Shown here: positions 28,461 to 36,938 of the stretch, piece after piece
Layout: each line of letters starts with the position of its first letter
Numbering within the stretch: the first letter of the stretch is position 1
Virus record (IMG/VR): IMGVR_UViG_3300035669_000001
Coordinates: 13,901 to 77,900 of that record
DNA length: 64,000 nucleotides
Direction: 5' to 3' (one strand)
Source: a virus
Made by a program: the position numbers and the translations under genes
The notes under the pieces: model-generated
Databases searched by the model: none
What the model was told of the DNA's origin: nothing
What the model saw: only the letters and a program-made list of their open reading frames with translations

Positions 28461-29689
28461 TGCCCATGGTGAAGCTGGTGTTCGTCCCGGAGACGACGAA
28501 CAAGCCGACCAGGCAGTCCCACAACATCGTGGCGCTGCCCAAGATCGAGCCTCTGCAGGGCAAGGGGAAGCCCCAGTTCGGGCGCAACGGCAAGCCGGTC
28601 AGCAACGTCTCCGATGCGCTGTTCGGGCGCGGGGGAGGCGTCCACACCGACGTGATCCGCAAGGCCCTGAGCAGGGAGCAGAAGGTGGGCGTGGGAGCCG
28701 CCGGCGTGGTAGGTGCCGGGCTGGCAGCAGGTTCGGTCGGACGAGCGGTCAGATACGGCGGCCAGGCGCGCAACGCCTTCCGGGTGGCCCAGGGTTTTAG
28801 TCATGGCCCCGCCCACCAGGCCGGGGCCACCCTCAAGCAGTACGGCGCACATCGCAGGAAGATGGCTCTCCGCAACGTGGGTGCGGCGACAGTGGCGGGC
28901 GGGCTCCTGGCTGGCGGTACGGCCGCCACGATGTCCAGTGCCAACGCAGCGAACCAGCGCCGCACCGGTGTGGCCAAGATGAGTGACGCGGAGCTTCGCC
29001 ACCGCAAGCGCGTCCAGGCCGGGATCAGCATCGGCACCTCCACCCTCGGTCTCTCCGCGCTGGGGTCAAAGGCCGGGGCCGGTGTGCTCCGCAAGCTCAA
29101 CAAGGCCCCGGGTGCGGCCCATCGGCTGGACAAGGCAACCACCAACCTGCTCACCAGCGGTGCAGGACTGGGTGGGGTCGGTGGGTTCAACTTCGCCTCG
29201 GTGCAGCGCCAGGAGGCCAGGAAGCGGACGCCGGTGGTAAAGGCTTACGACCCCGAGCGCAACCGGGAACGCAGGGCCAGGCAGGAGGCCAAGGTGGCAG
29301 GAGTCGTCGGAGGTGCAGCGTCCGGCGGTGCGCTAGCGGCTGGAGGTCTCGCAGCACGACGTGGGTTTCAACGCCGGGACGAGACCACCCGGATAGGTAG
29401 TCCGGTGGAGCTCGAACAGGAGGTTCTCCCCGGTGGCGGCAAGACCCGACTGGACCCGAGGGGGCGAGTTCACCACGGGCCTGCTCGGAAGTTCCGGACG
29501 GCGAACTTCGGGGAGAAGATGTCCTCGGCGACCAAGGTCAAAGGGCTCAAGGCCAGCCAGGTGAGGGCGGGCAAGGTCGGTGTCGGACTGGCCGCGCTGG
29601 GCGTCGGCGGGCTGGTTGCGTCGGACCGGATCGCCTCCTACTCCCGGGGGAAGGGGCGGAAGTACTCACCCCGGTTCAAGCGGGACTGA
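28460..29689 (+). CDS. 409-aa cationic Gly-zipper protein; putative polyprotein
   Basis: Three Gly/Ala hydrophobic plus Arg/Lys modules delimited by IRK|A, VAK|M and VVK|A. Confidence 0.55.
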   Translation: MPMVKLVFVPETTNKPTRQSHNIVALPKIEPLQGKGKPQFGRNGKPVSNVSDALFGRGGGVHTDVIRKALSREQKVGVGAAGVVGAGLAAGSVGRAVRYGGQARNAFRVAQGFSHGPAHQAGATLKQYGAHRRKMALRNVGAATVAGGLLAGGTAATMSSANAANQRRTGVAKMSDAELRHRKRVQAGISIGTSTLGLSALGSKAGAGVLRKLNKAPGAAHRLDKATTNLLTSGAGLGGVGGFNFASVQRQEARKRTPVVKAYDPERNRERRARQEAKVAGVVGGAASGGALAAGGLAARRGFQRRDETTRIGSPVELEQEVLPGGGKTRLDPRGRVHHGPARKFRTANFGEKMSSATKVKGLKASQVRAGKVGVGLAALGVGGLVASDRIASYSRGKGRKYSPRFKRD

Positions 29690-29727
29690 ACGGGTTGCAG
29701 GCTAAGACAGAATTGTGGGTGAGGAAC

Positions 29728-30906
29728 ATGCCAAAGCTCAGTGATCTGAACATCGACGAGGTCAGCCTCGTGCGCAAGGGCGCCAACCAACATGCCCGGG
29801 TGGCAATCGCGAAGTCAGCAGGAGGAGAAGTGGACGAGGAGTACTTCGACCAGGAAGGAAACGCGGTCGACGTCGAGGAGCTCGAGCATGGCGACATCGT
29901 CTTCGACTCTGACGGTGAGGCCTACCAGTACGACGAGCCTGGTGACGATGACGACGAGGTCGAGAAGGCCCTGTACGTCGGTGGCCGCGAGGTCACCAGC
30001 CGGGTCGGACGTGCCGCTGGCAAGGCGTACATCGGAGCCGGCCGCAAGGCCAAGTCCGCCAACAAGTTCCGGATCCAGACAGGTGCGATTGCCGGGCAGG
30101 CAGCCCGCAGGGGCGCCAAGCGTGTATCCAGCGCTGCCGGTACGGGTGCCGGGTTCGTCGCCGGCAACGCCAAGCGTGGTGCAGGGGCAGTGGCGGGAGC
30201 CGCACGTAGCACCGGCACGGCAGCCGGGAACGCGGGCAACGCCATGGGCGGGGCGATCCGCGGGGCCGCGGCGCAGACCGAGGGCTTCCTGCGCACCGAG
30301 AACAACGCCTTCAACACCCGCGGCCGGATCGGCGCCCTCGGTGCCGGTGGTGTGCTCGCCGGTGCCGGTGGCGGCTACGCGGCAGGCAGCAACGGCCGGG
30401 TCCGCAAGAGCGCGTCCGACGACCTCCGGGAGGAGCTCTCCAAGGCACTCACCGACGACGACCGGGACGAGGTGATCGCGAAGGCCTTCGGGTACGTCGA
30501 ACAGGCCGAGCAGGTCGCCCAGGAGGCCTGGGAGATCGCCGAGGAGGAGCGGGAGAACCGCCGGGCTGCGGAGTTCTACGAGGTGGCCAAGTCCTACGAC
30601 ATGGTCCCGGTGGATACCGAGGACCTCGCGATCGCCATGATGCACATGGCCGACCTGCTGCCCGAGGAGGACGTGCAGGTCATCGCCAAGGCCCTGGGCT
30701 TTGCGGCCGACGTGGCCGACGAGCTCTACGAGGAGCAGGGCAACGTGGGCGGTGGCGACAACTCCGACGTGATGGAGCAGCTGCAGACGTTCGCGCGCAA
30801 CCGGGTCGCCAAGTCCGGTGAGGGCTCAGCCGAGCAGTACCTGGTCGATGCCCTCAACCATGACCCAGCGGTGTACGACCAGTACCTCGCGGACAACAGC
30901 CGCTGA
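29728..30906 (+). CDS. Scaffolding protein
   Basis: GAGGA RBS; N-terminal DEVSLVRKGAN; acidic helical body with repeated xxK|S/A; C-terminal DPAVYDQY. Lies just before the capsid genes. Confidence 0.75.
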   Translation: MPKLSDLNIDEVSLVRKGANQHARVAIAKSAGGEVDEEYFDQEGNAVDVEELEHGDIVFDSDGEAYQYDEPGDDDDEVEKALYVGGREVTSRVGRAAGKAYIGAGRKAKSANKFRIQTGAIAGQAARRGAKRVSSAAGTGAGFVAGNAKRGAGAVAGAARSTGTAAGNAGNAMGGAIRGAAAQTEGFLRTENNAFNTRGRIGALGAGGVLAGAGGGYAAGSNGRVRKSASDDLREELSKALTDDDRDEVIAKAFGYVEQAEQVAQEAWEIAEEERENRRAAEFYEVAKSYDMVPVDTEDLAIAMMHMADLLPEEDVQVIAKALGFAADVADELYEEQGNVGGGDNSDVMEQLQTFARNRVAKSGEGSAEQYLVDALNHDPAVYDQYLADNSR

Positions 30907-30929
30907 CCGGCGAAGGAGGATAGAACACC

Positions 30930-31349
30930 ATGGCTTACGACGAAGCGTGGCGGGCGGTCACTTTCAACGCTGACTCCTCGCTCGCCGGGTACACGGGTGT
31001 TCCTGGCGTGCCAGGATCAGTTAGCCCGAACTACGGCAAGGCGCTCTACAGGTTTGTGAAGGTCGTGGGCAAGCGCCTGGTGGGTCGAACCACCGGTGTT
31101 GCCGACCGCAACAAGACCGTGGGCATCTGTCAGAGCAAACCACAGGTGACCGGTGAGGCCGCTACCATCGCGATCCGGGGCGAGTCCCTGGTGTTCGCGG
31201 GCGGTGTCATCGCGGCCGGTGACATGGTCACCTCAGACGCCACTGGACGAGCTGTGACCACTGCGGTGGTGGCGGACCATCTTGGCCTCGCTGTCGAAGA
31301 CGCATCCGGAGCCGACGTGCTCACCACCGTGCTGCTTCGGTGCAACTGA
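30930..31349 (+). CDS. Capsid decoration/cement protein (DUF2190-like)
   Basis: AGGVIAAGDMVTSDATGRAV motif; precedes the MCP gene. Confidence 0.75.
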   Translation: MAYDEAWRAVTFNADSSLAGYTGVPGVPGSVSPNYGKALYRFVKVVGKRLVGRTTGVADRNKTVGICQSKPQVTGEAATIAIRGESLVFAGGVIAAGDMVTSDATGRAVTTAVVADHLGLAVEDASGADVLTTVLLRCN

Positions 31350-31362
31350 GAGGAGATGACCA

Positions 31363-32358
31363 ATGCCTCGTCCTGACATGGCAGATGTCCATATCAACAC
31401 CCCGCTGACCAACGTCAGCATCGCCTACATCCAGAACGCCTCCAACTTCATCGCCACCAAGGTCTTTCCCAAGCTCCCGGTGGACAAGAGGTCGGACCTG
31501 TACTGGAAGTACTCCAAGAGCGACTGGCGGCGTACCGACGTCCAGCGTCGTGCTCCCAGCACCGAGTCTCCGGGCACGGGCTGGAACACCTCGATGGACC
31601 AGTACTTCTGCCACGTCTACGCAGTGCACAAGGACATCGACGACCAGCTCCGGGCGAACGCGGACTCGGTCTTCCGGCTGGACAGCGATGCCACTGCCTT
31701 CGTGACGAACCAGATGCTCATCAAGCGCGACCTGGACTGGACCGCCTCGTTCTTCAAGACCGGGGTATGGGGCACGGACAAGGCGCTGCTGGCGACCGAT
31801 GCCAACCCGGAGAACATCCGCTGGGACCGGGCCACCTCGGACCCGATCGGTCTGTTCGGCACGCTGCAGCTCGCCTTCATCCAGCAGACGGGCTTCAAGG
31901 CCAACACCGCCGTGTGCGGTGCCAACGTCCTGAAGGCGCTGAAGAACCACCCGGCCATCATCGACCGGATCAAGTACACCCAGAAGGGCATCGTGACGAC
32001 CGACCTGATCGCCACCCTGCTCGACGTCGACCGGGTGTTCGCGGCCTACGCCACCTACTCCACCGGACCCACCATCCCTGATGCGGTGGCCCAGGACGCA
32101 GCGGCGACCAACACCTTCATCGCGGACCCCAACTCGGTGCTGTTGTGCTACTCCCCGGCCAGCCCGTCTCTGATGAGCCCGGCCGCTGGGTACACCTTCA
32201 CCTGGAAGGGCTACCTCGGAGGGAACGCGCAGGGGATCCGGATGACCCGGTTCCGCATGCCGGCCATCCGGTCGGACCGCATCGAGGCCGAGATGACCTA
32301 CGACATGCACGTGATCTCCCCGGACTGCGGTGTGTTCCTGACGAGTGTTGTCGGCTGA
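31363..32358 (+). CDS. Major capsid protein
   Basis: LTNVSIAY..FIA..VFP..V N-terminal signature of lambda gpE-like MCPs, 331 aa, strong RBS. Confidence 0.9.
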   Translation: MPRPDMADVHINTPLTNVSIAYIQNASNFIATKVFPKLPVDKRSDLYWKYSKSDWRRTDVQRRAPSTESPGTGWNTSMDQYFCHVYAVHKDIDDQLRANADSVFRLDSDATAFVTNQMLIKRDLDWTASFFKTGVWGTDKALLATDANPENIRWDRATSDPIGLFGTLQLAFIQQTGFKANTAVCGANVLKALKNHPAIIDRIKYTQKGIVTTDLIATLLDVDRVFAAYATYSTGPTIPDAVAQDAAATNTFIADPNSVLLCYSPASPSLMSPAAGYTFTWKGYLGGNAQGIRMTRFRMPAIRSDRIEAEMTYDMHVISPDCGVFLTSVVG

Positions 32359-32386
32359 GCCGATACTGGGAAGCAAGACAAGCCTT

Positions 32387-32422
32387 GAGGGCGTTCGGTC
32401 ATACAGGCTGGGCGCCCTCTTG
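32387..32422 (+). terminator. Stem-loop after the MCP gene (terminator or mRNA stabiliser)
   Basis: GAGGGCGTTCGGTC-ATACA-GGCTGGGCGCCCTC pairs fully with G-U pairs on the + strand; short T tail. Confidence 0.55.
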
Positions 32423-32436
32423 CATGAGGAGGACAG

Positions 32437-33153
32437 ATGGCCCTCGGGGACGTCAAGTACATCGTGGCCCGCGGTTTCCAGTCGCACCTGGGCTGGCACG
32501 TGATGGGAGAGCTAGCGCCCAAGGAGGCTGCCGAGTGGCACAACGTCATGTCCATCGTCGCCGCCGGCTACCTCATCCCCTACACCTACGAGACCGGCTA
32601 CGACCGGCTACCGCCCCACGTCTTCTCTGCAGTGGTGACGCTGCAGGAGGCCAAGGGCCTGATCGCGAAGGGAGACGCTCCGATGGCACTGGACTGGGAA
32701 CCGGCCCCTGAGCTGGTCGAGGCACAGCAGGTGATCGAGGCCGAGAAGGCCTCGGCAGAGCGCAACCGGGAGGAGGCCCAGGAGCGCGCGGTCAAGCAGA
32801 TCGCCGAGCTGCGCAACAACGAGGTCGACCCCCGTCCGGTGCTGGTACCGGACAAGACTGTCCTGGTGGACGCCAAGCGGCGCGAGGCCGAGAAGGCCGC
32901 AGGGTCGGACCGCCGCGAGGAGTACGAGGACTGGAACAAGGACCGGCTGGTCGAGGAGATCAACCTCCGCAACGAGGAGGACGACACGACCGACCGGATG
33001 CCGGTGGGCGGCACCAAGGGCGACCTGGTGCAGCGGCTCGTCGAGTACGACCTCACCAGTGCGCGGACGCAGCGCAAGGCCGCTCGGAAGACGTCCGAGC
33101 CGAAGAAGAAGGAGACGGACAGTGACCGAGAAGAAGCAGTCAAAGAAGGCTGA
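32437..33153 (+). CDS. Head-associated protein with C-terminal SAP/HeH-like motif
   Basis: YEDWNKDRLVEEINLR...VGGTKGDLVQRL. Confidence 0.55.
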   Translation: MALGDVKYIVARGFQSHLGWHVMGELAPKEAAEWHNVMSIVAAGYLIPYTYETGYDRLPPHVFSAVVTLQEAKGLIAKGDAPMALDWEPAPELVEAQQVIEAEKASAERNREEAQERAVKQIAELRNNEVDPRPVLVPDKTVLVDAKRREAEKAAGSDRREEYEDWNKDRLVEEINLRNEEDDTTDRMPVGGTKGDLVQRLVEYDLTSARTQRKAARKTSEPKKKETDSDREEAVKEG

Positions 33154-33493
33154 GGACCAGGAGAGCACCGGCCCGGGCACCGAGAGGAACGCCGAGGCCG
33201 AGCGTCGCAGAGACCTGGTCACCGGCGAGGAGGTACCCACCGACGACGTGGTCCTGGAGGAGGTGCCGCCGGAGGAGAACCCGGCCTTCACCGAGTCCAC
33301 CCTGCGCCAGAGCGACGCCGGGATCGTTGACGACGCCGACCGCGAGGCGGCCGAGAACACCGAGGACCCAGGCCCCAACGAGGCCGTGCTGGCCAAGGAG
33401 GAGGCCGACGCCGAGAAGGCCGAGGAGGCCCGCGCGGAAGCCAAGCGGCGCAACGAGGAAGACGACGAGAAGCGGGCCGCAGAGGACTCGTGA
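33122..33493 (+). CDS. Highly acidic hypothetical protein
   Basis: GTG start after AAGGAG; Glu/Asp-rich. Confidence 0.55.
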   Translation: MTEKKQSKKAEDQESTGPGTERNAEAERRRDLVTGEEVPTDDVVLEEVPPEENPAFTESTLRQSDAGIVDDADREAAENTEDPGPNEAVLAKEEADAEKAEEARAEAKRRNEEDDEKRAAEDS

Positions 33494-33499
33494 CTACGG

Positions 33500-33604
33500 A
33501 TGAGCGGGGCTGACATCGCGCTGGTGATCAGCCTCGTCCTCATCGACGTAGTCGTCGTAGGTAGCCTGCTGGTGATCGGTCTGACCCTGAGGAGGAGAAG
33601 GTGA
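33500..33604 (+). CDS. 34-aa single-TM peptide
   Basis: MSGADIALVISLVLIDVVVVGSLLVIGLTLRRRR; GTGA overlap with the next gene. Confidence 0.55.
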   Translation: MSGADIALVISLVLIDVVVVGSLLVIGLTLRRRR

Positions 33605-34068
33605 CGTTCAGCTACCTGGACCCGAGCACCAACTTCCGGGACGGCCTGCGGCTGCTGTGCGGGGACACGACGCCCTCCCAGGTGCTCCTGCAGGACGAGG
33701 AGTACGACTTCGTCCGGGTCCAGTGGCCCGACGAGAGAAGCCCCTACATCCTGGCCTCCTACGCCTGCGAGATGATCGCGGCCAAGTTCGCCCGTGAGAT
33801 CAACATCTCGGCGGACTCCCAGACGGTGGGAGCGGACGTCCTGCAGCAGAAGTACCTCACCCTCGCAGAGCGGCTCCGCACCATCGCAAAGACGGCTCAC
33901 CCAGGCGAGGTCTATGTGGGTGGCATGGACTCCTGGGTGAGCTACGACCCATCGGTGGCGCCGCTAGCCTTCGGCACCCAGATGCACGACAACCCGGCCG
34001 CCGGCCAGCAGGACTACGGCGACAACCGGCAGCTGTTCGGCGACCCGCTGGTGGACTACGGACGATGA
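33601..34068 (+). CDS. Head-to-tail adaptor
   Basis: RLLCGDT...LLQDEE motif and synteny. Confidence 0.75.
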   Translation: MTFSYLDPSTNFRDGLRLLCGDTTPSQVLLQDEEYDFVRVQWPDERSPYILASYACEMIAAKFAREINISADSQTVGADVLQQKYLTLAERLRTIAKTAHPGEVYVGGMDSWVSYDPSVAPLAFGTQMHDNPAAGQQDYGDNRQLFGDPLVDYGR

Positions 34069-34517
34069 CACTCGCAGACGACTCACCGATCTTCATGCGG
34101 GTCTCGCCCTACTCGCAGGCCTACATCCAGAACAAGGCCCAGGAGCTGATGAACTCCCGGGTCAAGATCTTCACCCCGGACCTGGGCGGCGGCACCTACG
34201 ACCCCGTCACCGGCGACGTGACACCCGGGGAGGGGACCTTCAAGTACGAGGGTCCCGCGCGCATCTGGGAGGTCCCCGGTGGCCAGAACATCGTCATCGG
34301 TGAGGAGGAGGTCACGGTCACCCAGACCTACCTCTCCATCCCCTACTGGGTAATGCCGCTGCCGGAGATGGACGACGTCATCGCCGTGCTCGAGTCCGAC
34401 GACCCGGACCTGGTGGGCCGGACGGTCATCATCCAGAACACCATCCGGGGCGGCGGGCTGCGGGCCTCACGGAGGTTCCAGGTCCAGGTCAGCGACTCGA
34501 AGAAGTCAGAGTGGTAG
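34065..34517 (+). CDS. Head-to-tail stopper (DUF6093-like)
   Basis: YDPVTG...YEGPARI...YLSIP and synteny. Confidence 0.7.
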   Translation: MTLADDSPIFMRVSPYSQAYIQNKAQELMNSRVKIFTPDLGGGTYDPVTGDVTPGEGTFKYEGPARIWEVPGGQNIVIGEEEVTVTQTYLSIPYWVMPLPEMDDVIAVLESDDPDLVGRTVIIQNTIRGGGLRASRRFQVQVSDSKKSEW

Positions 34518-34967
34518 ATGAGCTTCGACCTCGACTACTCACAGGTGTCCGACCTGTCCCGCCGGCTGAGGCTGGCGCAGACCCTCGCGCCCAAGCGGAT
34601 GGACATCTGGCTGCACGAGGTGGTCGGCCCCAAGCTCAAGACCGCCATGCAGGACGCGGCCCCGGTGGACACCGGAAACCTCAAGTCCAAGATCATCCTG
34701 ATCACCGAGCCGGGGAAGATCCGGGTGGGCACCCACGGCGTCCCCTACACCAAGTACGTGGTGGAGGGCACCGCCCCGCACGACATCGTCCCCAAGACCT
34801 CCTCGGTGCTGGTGTTCAAGGTGGGCGGGAAGACGGTGTACGCGAAAAAGGTCCGCCACCCAGGCACCAAGCCCAATCCCTTCATGAAGGTCAGCGTCGA
34901 GCGGGTCATCGCGGAGTCCAAGTCCTCCCTGCACGGCATGGTGTTCAGCCTGAGGTCCGGTGGCTAG
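34518..34967 (+). CDS. HK97 gp10-like neck/tail completion protein
   Basis: APVDTGNLK..YVVEGT.PH..VRHPGTKPNPFM. Confidence 0.85.
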   Translation: MSFDLDYSQVSDLSRRLRLAQTLAPKRMDIWLHEVVGPKLKTAMQDAAPVDTGNLKSKIILITEPGKIRVGTHGVPYTKYVVEGTAPHDIVPKTSSVLVFKVGGKTVYAKKVRHPGTKPNPFMKVSVERVIAESKSSLHGMVFSLRSGG

Positions 34968-35421
34968 CGCGCCCGCCCGCGGGGACCTGTCCCGCTGGCT
35001 GAAGAACCTGCTGACCTCCAAAGGGCTGCTGGTGGAGCTGCTCAAGGCCCCCGCTGCCGGAGGCTGGGATAACGACCCGGGACAGCCGTCGAGCAAGTTC
35101 AAGCAGTACGTCACCTTGCTCCCGCTGGACGCCAGCGCCCCCACCGGGTCGATGGAGGACCCCGCGGAGATGTGGGCCTTCCCCTACATCCTGGCCTCGA
35201 CCGGCGTGAACCACGATCAGGTCGAGGGTCAGGCAGACAAGGCCCGTAGGATTGTCAATGAGATCGGGCGTGTGAATGTCACTCTCGGTGGTGAGGTCTG
35301 GCGGGTCTACGACGCGAGGATCAACTCCATCGGTGGGGTGGACATCACCCGGGCGATCGACCCGAATGAGTACACCCAGCGTGACGTGGTCATGGTTCGG
35401 ATCAGTAAGGAGAGACCGTAG
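34960..35421 (+). CDS. Tail terminator
   Basis: Synteny and size. Confidence 0.6.
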   Translation: MASAPARGDLSRWLKNLLTSKGLLVELLKAPAAGGWDNDPGQPSSKFKQYVTLLPLDASAPTGSMEDPAEMWAFPYILASTGVNHDQVEGQADKARRIVNEIGRVNVTLGGEVWRVYDARINSIGGVDITRAIDPNEYTQRDVVMVRISKERP

Positions 35422-35646
35422 ATGCCCAGCAAGAAAGCAGAGGCGCCGGAGCAGAAGCGCTCCGTTGACCGACAGGGCTACGTCACCATCGAGAAGGGTG
35501 GCGTCCAGGCCAAGATCGTCCCGAGCTCCTTCGCGGTGTGGGAGAAGAAGGGCTGGACGGAAGTATCCGGCGAGGCCGACCCGGCGAAGCTCGTCCCGAG
35601 CGACCTGTCGAAGCCTGTCGACGAAGACGAGAGCCAGGAGGGCTGA
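35422..35646 (+). CDS. Small hypothetical virion-region protein
   Basis: AGGAG RBS; 74 aa. Confidence 0.6.
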   Translation: MPSKKAEAPEQKRSVDRQGYVTIEKGGVQAKIVPSSFAVWEKKGWTEVSGEADPAKLVPSDLSKPVDEDESQEG

Positions 35647-35649
35647 TTC

Positions 35650-36129
35650 GTGTCCAAGCTGATTCCGAATGAGAACACCTGGCTCGGGTTCTCGTTGGCA
35701 TGTCTGGACCTGGCCGAGCCACTCCTGTCCGAGGTGACCGGGGCCGTCAACCTGACGAAGCTCCTGATGAGCATCAACGCCTCGACCACCGGCAACACGG
35801 TGCCCACCCCGACCCTGGACACCAAGTTCGAGACCTCCATCCCAGGCACGGTGACCGCCGCCTTCTCGGCGGACTTCTACCGCGACGACGAGAACGACCT
35901 CGCCTGGGAGACCCTCCCCCGCAACACTAAGGGGTTCTTCTTCCTCTGCCGCTTCGGTGGCAGCGGCCCGTTGAACCGCCCCAACACCGGGGACCCGCTG
36001 GAGGTATGGCCGGTCATGGTCACCTCCCGCTCCAACAGCAACAACACCAACAACGCGGTGATGACCTTCACGGCCACCTGCTCCATCCCGGTCGAGCCGG
36101 TAGAGGACGCGGTAGTCGCTGCGGCGTAG
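35650..36129 (+). CDS. Major tail protein
   Basis: Actinophage MTP-type motifs (TPTLDTKFETSIPG, GDPLEVWPV) and synteny. Confidence 0.8.
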   Translation: MSKLIPNENTWLGFSLACLDLAEPLLSEVTGAVNLTKLLMSINASTTGNTVPTPTLDTKFETSIPGTVTAAFSADFYRDDENDLAWETLPRNTKGFFFLCRFGGSGPLNRPNTGDPLEVWPVMVTSRSNSNNTNNAVMTFTATCSIPVEPVEDAVVAAA

Positions 36130-36167
36130 CCTGAGACCAACCTATCCACCCAATAGGAAGGGCTCCT

Positions 36168-36578
36168 GTGCCTGCCTTGAAGCTCCAGTCCGAGGAGAGC
36201 CTGGCCGATGCCGCGGTGTCGGCCAAGGACGCTTTCCTGAAGAAGACCCGCCGGATCGACCGGCCGAAGATCACCCTCGGTGACCAGACCTACACCCTGG
36301 AGATCCACGCGCTCACGAACAAAGAGCTGAACACCCTCATCGACGAGCACCCGGCGCGCAAGAACAACGACGAGGACAAGCCCTACGGCTACAACCGGAC
36401 CACGCTGCCCCCTGCGCTGTTCGCGATGAGCGTCAAGGACCCGCAGATGACCCGCGAGGAGTGGGAGCAGGTCTGGATCTCCCCGGAGTGGTCCCCCGGT
36501 GAGCTGAGCCACCTCCTCGACCTGGTGATGTCCACCTCGACCCGGGGCTTCGACGTCCCTTTTGGCGCGAGAAGCTAA
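36168..36578 (+). CDS. Tail assembly chaperone (gpG-like)
   Basis: Lies between the MTP and tape measure genes and ends at a slippery site. Confidence 0.85.
   Translation: MPALKLQSEESLADAAVSAKDAFLKKTRRIDRPKITLGDQTYTLEIHALTNKELNTLIDEHPARKNNDEDKPYGYNRTTLPPALFAMSVKDPQMTREEWEQVWISPEWSPGELSHLLDLVMSTSTRGFDVPFGARS
36557..36563 (+). other. -1 programmed ribosomal frameshift heptamer C CCT TTT giving a gpGT-like fusion to 36982
   Basis: X XXY YYZ site is in frame with the chaperone. The -1 frame is open (PFWREKLRSDPEFN) and joins ORF 36599-36982. Confidence 0.85.
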
Positions 36579-36938
36579 GGAGCGACCCGGAGTTCAACAT
36601 GGAGATGGCGTGGTGCACCGACAAGGGCATCCCGCACTCGGTGCTGTTGGACTGGGACTCCGAAGACCGGGCCAAGCTCCACGCCTACCTGCTGGAGGAG
36701 TCGCTGCGCTGTGTGATGTGCGGCACCCAGCCCTGGGAGTGGGACCCGGAGCAGGGGGGCTCGCGGAGGGCCTACATCCCGGTCGAGCTGTTCTGTCCCG
36801 GCTGTTATGCCAAGCAGACGACTGCTGACGGCAACGACGCCCCGAAGGGCACCACGATCCAACTGGTTCCCCACTCCGAGACAATAGTGGAGGAGCAGAG
36901 ACAGCGGTACCTCAAGGAGCAACGACGGAAGGCCGAGG

